Source: a bacterium (lineage in GTDB: Bacteria; UBA8248; JACPRG01; G963555815). Taken from it: a DNA stretch of 64,000 nucleotides. Every line of letters starts with the position of its first letter. The stretch's first letter is position 1. The stretch covers positions 256,001-320,000 of the forward strand of contig OZ244653.1 in NCBI GenBank assembly GCA_965218795.1, given 5' to 3'. The translations under genes were made by a program, and so were the position numbers. The notes under the pieces were generated by a model. The model saw only the letters and a program-made list of their open reading frames with translations, was not told the origin of the DNA and did no database searches. Positions 58,704-64,000 of the stretch are shown here, in pieces.

Positions 58704-58931
58704 GGTGGATCCGAGATTGAAATCGCCCCGGGAGAGGCGTGGTTCGAGCGGGGTCCGGATCCCGTCTATGCATACGCGACGGACGATGCATCAGCCGGGT
58801 TTATCCGGGTCATGGTTCTCCCGGCGGCCCTGAAGGGGAAAAGCTCGATTCGTTATGTGAATCCCGAAGACTTGAACAAGCCGAAAAGCCAGCAGTATAC
58901 GGTTTTCGTGGACGAATTCATCGAGATATGA
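58704..58931 (+). pseudogene. 5'-truncated conserved hypothetical (cupin-like) gene
   Basis: Protein-like tail PGEAWFERGPDPV...FIRVMVLP...SSIRYVNPED...VFVDEFIEI*; upstream sequence is repeat DNA. Confidence 0.55.
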
Positions 58932-58994
58932 ACCTCCGGGTGCTATCATAGGGCCGGTCGAAAGGTCGGTATCCACGGCACTTGGGAACGGGAT

Positions 58995-59498
58995 GTGACC
59001 TGGTCCGAACAACTGTTTACGCAACTGAAAGAGATTGGTGTACGGCTCTGCGTCACCCTGCCGGACTCATGGATTCAGGACCTGATCGTCCGGGCGGAAG
59101 AGGACCCGGACATGATTCATGTGCCCGTTGCCCGGGAGGAGGACGGCATCGGCATCTGTTGCGGAGCCTCGGCCGGGGGGATGCGCTCGGCCATGATCAT
59201 CCAGAACGTCGGCGCCATGAACAGCACGGGGGCCATTGCGACCTTGCCCGTATCGTACGGGTTCCCGTTTTTGATGATCATATCGAACCGCGGGCGGCTC
59301 GGAGATTGGGCATTCTATGATGTGGAGAAAGGCAGAAGCGCGGAAAAAATCCTGGAACAAGTCGGGGTCCAGTGTTTTCCGCTAACCCCCGATTTCGTCG
59401 ATCGGGGTTTCCTGGCGGACGCGTACACGCTTGCCGATGCCAGCCAGAAGCCCATCGCCCTGATGATTACGAAGGAGACCTTCGGGGGCGGATCATGA
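58995..59498 (+). CDS. ThDP-dependent decarboxylase alpha subunit (sulfopyruvate/phosphonopyruvate decarboxylase ComD-like)
   Basis: TLPDSW, VAREEDGIGICCGA, MIIQNVG. Confidence 0.88.
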   Translation: MTWSEQLFTQLKEIGVRLCVTLPDSWIQDLIVRAEEDPDMIHVPVAREEDGIGICCGASAGGMRSAMIIQNVGAMNSTGAIATLPVSYGFPFLMIISNRGRLGDWAFYDVEKGRSAEKILEQVGVQCFPLTPDFVDRGFLADAYTLADASQKPIALMITKETFGGGS

Positions 59499-60064
59499 AC
59501 CAGCTGGAGGCGTTCGAAACGTTGGCCGAGCACGTGGGTGACGAGCTGGTCGTGACGGCTATCGGCTCGCAAACCCAACTCTGGCATTCGGTTCTTCACC
59601 GGCCCGGAAATTTTTATTTGAGCGGGCCCATGGGGCACGCCTTGACCTTCGGTTTGGGTCTGGCCCTGGCCCGGCCGAACGAACGGGTCATCGCCGTGGA
59701 GGGAGACGGCGGCTTGCTGATGAATCTCGGCGGGTTGGCTGCGGCGGCCCAGCACCGACCGGACAACCTGTTGATCGTCATCATGGACAATCTGACATAT
59801 GAGCTGACTGGAAAACAGCCCATGGTGAACCAGGGAAACTCGAATTTTGTGAAACTCGCCGAAGGGTTCGGGATCAGCGAGACCGGAGAGGCTTCGACGC
59901 AATCGGCTCTCTCCGGCTCTCTCCGCAGGGCGCTCGGCGAGAGGAAGTTTTTCTTCCTCTGGGCCCGTTTGGAGGCCATGCCCGAGAAGGCGCCCCAGTT
60001 TCCTTATTATCCGTATCAGATCAAGAATCAGTTCTGGGAACATTTGAAGGGGCTGGATGGATAG
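59495..60064 (+). CDS. ThDP-dependent decarboxylase beta subunit (ComE-like)
   Basis: NFYLSGPMG, EGDGGLLMNLG...DN ThDP motif, TGKQP; ATGA overlap with alpha subunit. Confidence 0.88.
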   Translation: MNQLEAFETLAEHVGDELVVTAIGSQTQLWHSVLHRPGNFYLSGPMGHALTFGLGLALARPNERVIAVEGDGGLLMNLGGLAAAAQHRPDNLLIVIMDNLTYELTGKQPMVNQGNSNFVKLAEGFGISETGEASTQSALSGSLRRALGERKFFFLWARLEAMPEKAPQFPYYPYQIKNQFWEHLKGLDG

Positions 60065-60129
60065 GCTGGGATGCAGGAAGATGCCGCCGGAAAGACCCGG
60101 TTACGCCTTCCGGCACAGGGAGAGGAGCC

Positions 60130-60570
60130 ATGAGCGTTTTCTATGATCACATTGCCTTAGCCGTCACCGAATTGGAGCGCTCGACCGATTTCTACCGAGA
60201 CATCTTGGGATTGGAGTATTCGAGCACGCGGCGGTTGTCCGACGGCCGTCACCAGACGGTGTTTCACATTGGCGAAGAGATCCTCGTTTTGTTCAGGCAT
60301 GAAGACGGGCGTTACGAGGAGAAGGTCAGAAAACCCAGATCCGGGATGCATCATCTGGCGTTCAGAATGGACGCCCCCTTATACGACGCCGTCATCGATC
60401 GGTGCAAGGCGAACGGAGTCACCCTCCGGCGCCAGGAGGTGAATTCCGGCGCCTTGGGGGAGGGGTACGCGACGTACTTCTACGATCCCGACGGGAACGA
60501 GATCGAGATCAAGAAGTACGAGGATGATCCGAAGTTCAAAGAGCATACGGATCCCGAATACCACGTTTGA
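60130..60570 (+). CDS. VOC/glyoxalase family protein
   Basis: DHIALAV, FYRDILG, HHLAF, YFYDPDGNEIEI. Confidence 0.92.
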   Translation: MSVFYDHIALAVTELERSTDFYRDILGLEYSSTRRLSDGRHQTVFHIGEEILVLFRHEDGRYEEKVRKPRSGMHHLAFRMDAPLYDAVIDRCKANGVTLRRQEVNSGALGEGYATYFYDPDGNEIEIKKYEDDPKFKEHTDPEYHV

Positions 60571-60730
60571 GGCACGGACCGGGATCATCTCTTTCATCGC
60601 CAACCTCGCGACCGGGAGACTTCCCCGCCCGCCGATGGGCCGGATGTTTCAATCCTCGGCTTGGATGCTCCGAATCATTTCGTGCGCCTGAGCGACGGGG
60701 GAGAACCCACGCCGCGAGATGGGATGACGA

Positions 60731-62164
60731 ATGGCGGAAGCCCGGAAAATGAAGAAGAAACTCTGGGGCGGAAGGTTTCACGAGCGTCCGGCGGCCTCGG
60801 TGGAGAAATTCACCGAGTCGGTGTCGTTCGACCGGCGGCTGGCCCCGTACGACATTCGGGGGAGCATCGCCCACGCAAAAATGCTGGCCCGGTGCGGGAT
60901 CATCGAAAAGGATGAAGGCCGGAGGATTGTCCGGGGACTGGAAGCCATCGGTAAGGACATTGGGTCAGGAAAATTCAGGTTCGATCCCGGGCTGGAAGAT
61001 GTGCATATGAACATCGAAGCCAGGCTGATCCGGGATATCGGGCCGGCCGGGGGTAAGCTGCACACCGGACGGAGCCGGAATGACCAGATCGCCCTTGACG
61101 TCCGGCTCTATCTCAAGGATGTCCTGACGAGCGTCCAGACGCGAATCCTCGGACTCAAAGGGGCCCTGCTTGATTTGGCGGAACGGTGCGTCGATGTGGT
61201 GATGCCGGGGTATACGCACCTGAGAAGGGCCCAGCCGGTTCTTTTCGCCCATCACCTCCTCGCCTATGTGGAGAAGCTGAACCGGGACGGGGAGCGGATG
61301 GCCGATTGCCTGAAGCGGGTGGATATCCTTCCGCTGGGGAGCGGAGCGTTGAGCGGAACGGGATTGCCGGTGGATAGGGCTTACGTGGCGGAATTGCTGG
61401 GGTTTCGGAAGATCTCTCAAAACAGCCTGGATGCCGTATCCGACCGGGACTTTGTGGTCGAATTCGTATCGGCTGCCTCGCTGGCCATGATGCATCTAAG
61501 TCGTCTGGCGGAAGAGTGGATCCTGTGGTCTGGGACCGAGTTCGGCTTCATCACACTGCCCGAGGCTTTTTGCACTGGCAGTTCAATGATGCCTCAGAAG
61601 CGGAACCCGGACGTACTCGAGCTCATCCGGGGAAAGACCGGGCGGGTGTACGGTTCGCTGGTAAATCTCCTGACCATCCTGAAGGCCCAGCCGATGACCT
61701 ACAACCGTGATCTCCAGGAGGACAAGGAGCCTCTGTTCGATGCCTCGGACACACTGATTGACAGCCTTTCCGTCTTGGCGGAGCTCGTCGAGGGCGTCGA
61801 GATCACCGAGGCCCAGAAAACCAGGATGAGGGCCGCGGCCGAAGCGGATTTTTCCCTGGCGACGGAGTTAGCCGATTATCTGACCGTTCAGGGGGTTCCC
61901 TTTCGGAAGGCCCACGAGGTGGTAGGGCGAATCGTCCGGCACTGCGAGGAGCGGGGGATTGAGCTGAAGGATCTGGACCTTCCCGCCCTTCGCGGGTTCT
62001 CGAAATCCTTCGGGAAGGACGTCCTGGAATGGTTTTCCCTGGACAAGGCCTTGAGCGCAAGAGACTTGCCGGGAGGCACGGCGCCGACTAATGTTAAGAA
62101 GATGATTCGGAAGGAGAAAAGGCGGTGCGCCGAATCCTTATCGCGATTGTCATCCTTGGGTTGA
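60731..62164 (+). CDS. argH: Argininosuccinate lyase
   Basis: LWGGRF, LHTGRSRNDQ, MPGYTHL, GSSMMPQKRNPD, YNRDLQEDKE. Confidence 0.98.
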   Translation: MAEARKMKKKLWGGRFHERPAASVEKFTESVSFDRRLAPYDIRGSIAHAKMLARCGIIEKDEGRRIVRGLEAIGKDIGSGKFRFDPGLEDVHMNIEARLIRDIGPAGGKLHTGRSRNDQIALDVRLYLKDVLTSVQTRILGLKGALLDLAERCVDVVMPGYTHLRRAQPVLFAHHLLAYVEKLNRDGERMADCLKRVDILPLGSGALSGTGLPVDRAYVAELLGFRKISQNSLDAVSDRDFVVEFVSAASLAMMHLSRLAEEWILWSGTEFGFITLPEAFCTGSSMMPQKRNPDVLELIRGKTGRVYGSLVNLLTILKAQPMTYNRDLQEDKEPLFDASDTLIDSLSVLAELVEGVEITEAQKTRMRAAAEADFSLATELADYLTVQGVPFRKAHEVVGRIVRHCEERGIELKDLDLPALRGFSKSFGKDVLEWFSLDKALSARDLPGGTAPTNVKKMIRKEKRRCAESLSRLSSLG

Positions 62165-62247
62165 CCTTATCGGGTGGTCTGACAGGCTGTGGACAAAAGG
62201 GGAATCCGGAAACCCCGAAAAAGCCGATTCCCCCCGCTACCCGCTGA
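62125..62247 (+). CDS. Small lipoprotein, LppL/LptM(YifL)-like, 40 aa
   Basis: MRRILIAIVILGLTLSGGLTG-CGQKGNPETP...; lipobox LTGC; AAGGAG RBS; classic position before lysA-dapF. Confidence 0.8.
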   Translation: MRRILIAIVILGLTLSGGLTGCGQKGNPETPKKPIPPATR

Positions 62248-62348
62248 GATTGCTCCGCCCGGGTCAGCACGGGCACGAAAATTTCGGTTTGATTGACGGA
62301 AAATCGGGGGCCGTGTTAGCTTAACGGAGTCTATCCTATTTTGAATCA

Positions 62349-63692
62349 ATGAGATTGAGAGATCCGGACGTGGAGACGTTTGGCTACCAAGATGGCGAAT
62401 TAATGTGTGAAAGCGTCCTGCTACGGGAGATTGCCGAACAGGTGGGCACCCCGTGCTACGTGTACAGCGCGGACCATATCACCCGCCGGTTTTCGGATTT
62501 CAACGAGGCTTTCACTGATGTGCCGCACATCATCTGCTTCGCCATGAAGGCGAACAGTAATATCGCGGTATTGCGGCTTCTGAGTAACCTGGGCAGCGGG
62601 ATCGATGTGGTCTCGGCGGGCGAGCTGTACCGGGCCATCCAGGCGGGCGTTCCGGCCGACCGGATCGTGTTTGCGGGGGTCGGGAAGTCCGTCGACGAGA
62701 TCATTATCGGGATGAAGCGGGGGATTCTGATGTTCAACGTCGAATCCCCCCAGGAACTGGACGAAATCAACCGCGTGGCCGAAAGTTATGGGCGCAAGGC
62801 GCCCGTCGCCCTTCGGGTGAATCCGGACGTCGATCCGGAGACCCATCCGTACATCGCGACGGGGATGAAAAAGAGCAAGTTCGGCATTGATATTCAAACC
62901 GCACTGGATGAATACCGCCGGGCGGCGGAATTGTCCTGGATTGACGTGTTGGGGGTCCATTCGCACATCGGTTCCCAGATCACGACGACCGGGCCGTTCG
63001 AGGATGCGGCCGAGCGGGTGTTGGAGCTGGTGACCCGGTTGCGGTCCGAGGGGATCGATATCCGCTACATGAATCTGGGCGGGGGACTGGGGATCACCTA
63101 TGACCGGGAATCGCCCCCCACGGCTTTTGAGCTGGCGGAGAAGCTCAATCCTTCGCTCCGGGAAACCGGATGCACCCTGCTGTTCGAGCCCGGAAGAAAC
63201 CTTGTGGGGAACGCCGGTGTGCTGCTGAGCCGAGTCATCTACGCCAAGAAGACAGAGGCCAAGCAGTTCTATATCGCCGATGCCGCTATGAACGACCTGA
63301 TTCGGCCCAGTCTGTATGAGAGTTATCACGAGATCCGCCCGTTATCGGAGGCCGTCGGCTCCCGGCCGCGGTCGGTGGCGGACCTGGTCGGACCGATATG
63401 CGAGAGCGGAGATTTCCTGGCCAAGGACCGGGAGCTTCCCGCTTTCGAACCCGAGGACCTCTTCGCCGTGATGAGCGCGGGAGCCTACGGTTTCGCCATG
63501 GCCTCGAATTACAACGCCCGGCCCAAGCCCGCCGAGGTGCTGGTGCGGGGGAATGAATCTCACGTCATCCGCAAGCGGGAGACGTTCCAGGACCTGATTC
63601 AGGGGGAGCAGGTCCCGGAGTTTCTCGATCCGCCGAAGTCCGTGGACGCGGGGATGGCATCGGGATCCAGCGATGGAGCGGGAGGCGGATGA
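62349..63692 (+). CDS. lysA: Diaminopimelate decarboxylase
   Basis: FAMKANS, SKFG, HSHIGSQ, EPGR, GPICESGD, SNYNARP. Confidence 0.97.
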   Translation: MRLRDPDVETFGYQDGELMCESVLLREIAEQVGTPCYVYSADHITRRFSDFNEAFTDVPHIICFAMKANSNIAVLRLLSNLGSGIDVVSAGELYRAIQAGVPADRIVFAGVGKSVDEIIIGMKRGILMFNVESPQELDEINRVAESYGRKAPVALRVNPDVDPETHPYIATGMKKSKFGIDIQTALDEYRRAAELSWIDVLGVHSHIGSQITTTGPFEDAAERVLELVTRLRSEGIDIRYMNLGGGLGITYDRESPPTAFELAEKLNPSLRETGCTLLFEPGRNLVGNAGVLLSRVIYAKKTEAKQFYIADAAMNDLIRPSLYESYHEIRPLSEAVGSRPRSVADLVGPICESGDFLAKDRELPAFEPEDLFAVMSAGAYGFAMASNYNARPKPAEVLVRGNESHVIRKRETFQDLIQGEQVPEFLDPPKSVDAGMASGSSDGAGGG

Positions 63693-64000
63693 AGTCCATT
63701 CCGTTCGTGAAAATGCAGGGGAGCGGAAATGATTTCATCCTCATCGACAACCGCCCCCGTCACTTGGACCCAGGCGACTTGGACGATTTCGTGCCACGCG
63801 TCTGCCGACGGGCGAAGTCCGTCGGCGCAGACGGCTTCATCCTGCTGGAAGAGAGCGCCCGGGCCGATTTTCGGTGGCACTTTTTCAACGCCGACGGCAG
63901 CCGGGCCGAAATGTGCGGCAATGGGAGCCGCTGCGCCGCCCGATGGGCTCACGCCCTGGGGATTGCCCCGGCTCAACTGGAATTCGAGACGGATGCCGGC
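63689..64000 (+). CDS. dapF: Diaminopimelate epimerase (3'-truncated by window edge)
   Basis: FVKMQGSGNDF, VGADG, NADGSRAEMCGNGSRC; ATGA overlap with lysA. Confidence 0.95.
   Translation, partial: MKSIPFVKMQGSGNDFILIDNRPRHLDPGDLDDFVPRVCRRAKSVGADGFILLEESARADFRWHFFNADGSRAEMCGNGSRCAARWAHALGIAPAQLEFETDAG

Overview
GC-rich bacterial chromosomal segment, gene-dense, with no rRNA, tRNA, CRISPR array, prophage or intact transposase that I can see. The lineage cannot be fixed from sequence alone. Housekeeping genes: 3' part of recG, uvrA, ilvC, trxA, trpF-trpB-trpA, ftsK, and argH-(small lipoprotein)-lysA-dapF (dapF partial). There is a complete polyamine operon (speD, pyruvoyl arginine decarboxylase, speE, speB) and a cytochrome c maturation operon (ccmE with CxxxY, ccmF, two accessory genes, ccmABCD, atypical ccmH). 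The accessory part is rich in catabolic enzymes of unknown substrate. The most striking block is 7.4-21.6 kb: two DHDPS-like aldolases with an NAHAGEG motif (one frameshifted), an atypical amidinotransferase-fold enzyme with a polar amino-acid ABC importer whose binding protein is broken by an exact 23-bp tandem duplication, RidA, and three tandem colinear 511-aa amidohydrolase paralogs. Elsewhere are two tandem ACMSD-like amidohydrolases, a split ThDP decarboxylase with a VOC protein, a rhodanese-cysteine synthase pair and an HtrA-like protein lacking its catalytic His and Ser. Intergenic DNA holds several unannotated gene relics (formate/nitrite transporter, receiver domain, histidine kinase, cupin-like), two families of REP-like palindromes and three candidate structured leaders (speD, ilvC, coxG). 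All product calls come from motif recognition by eye; no searches were run.
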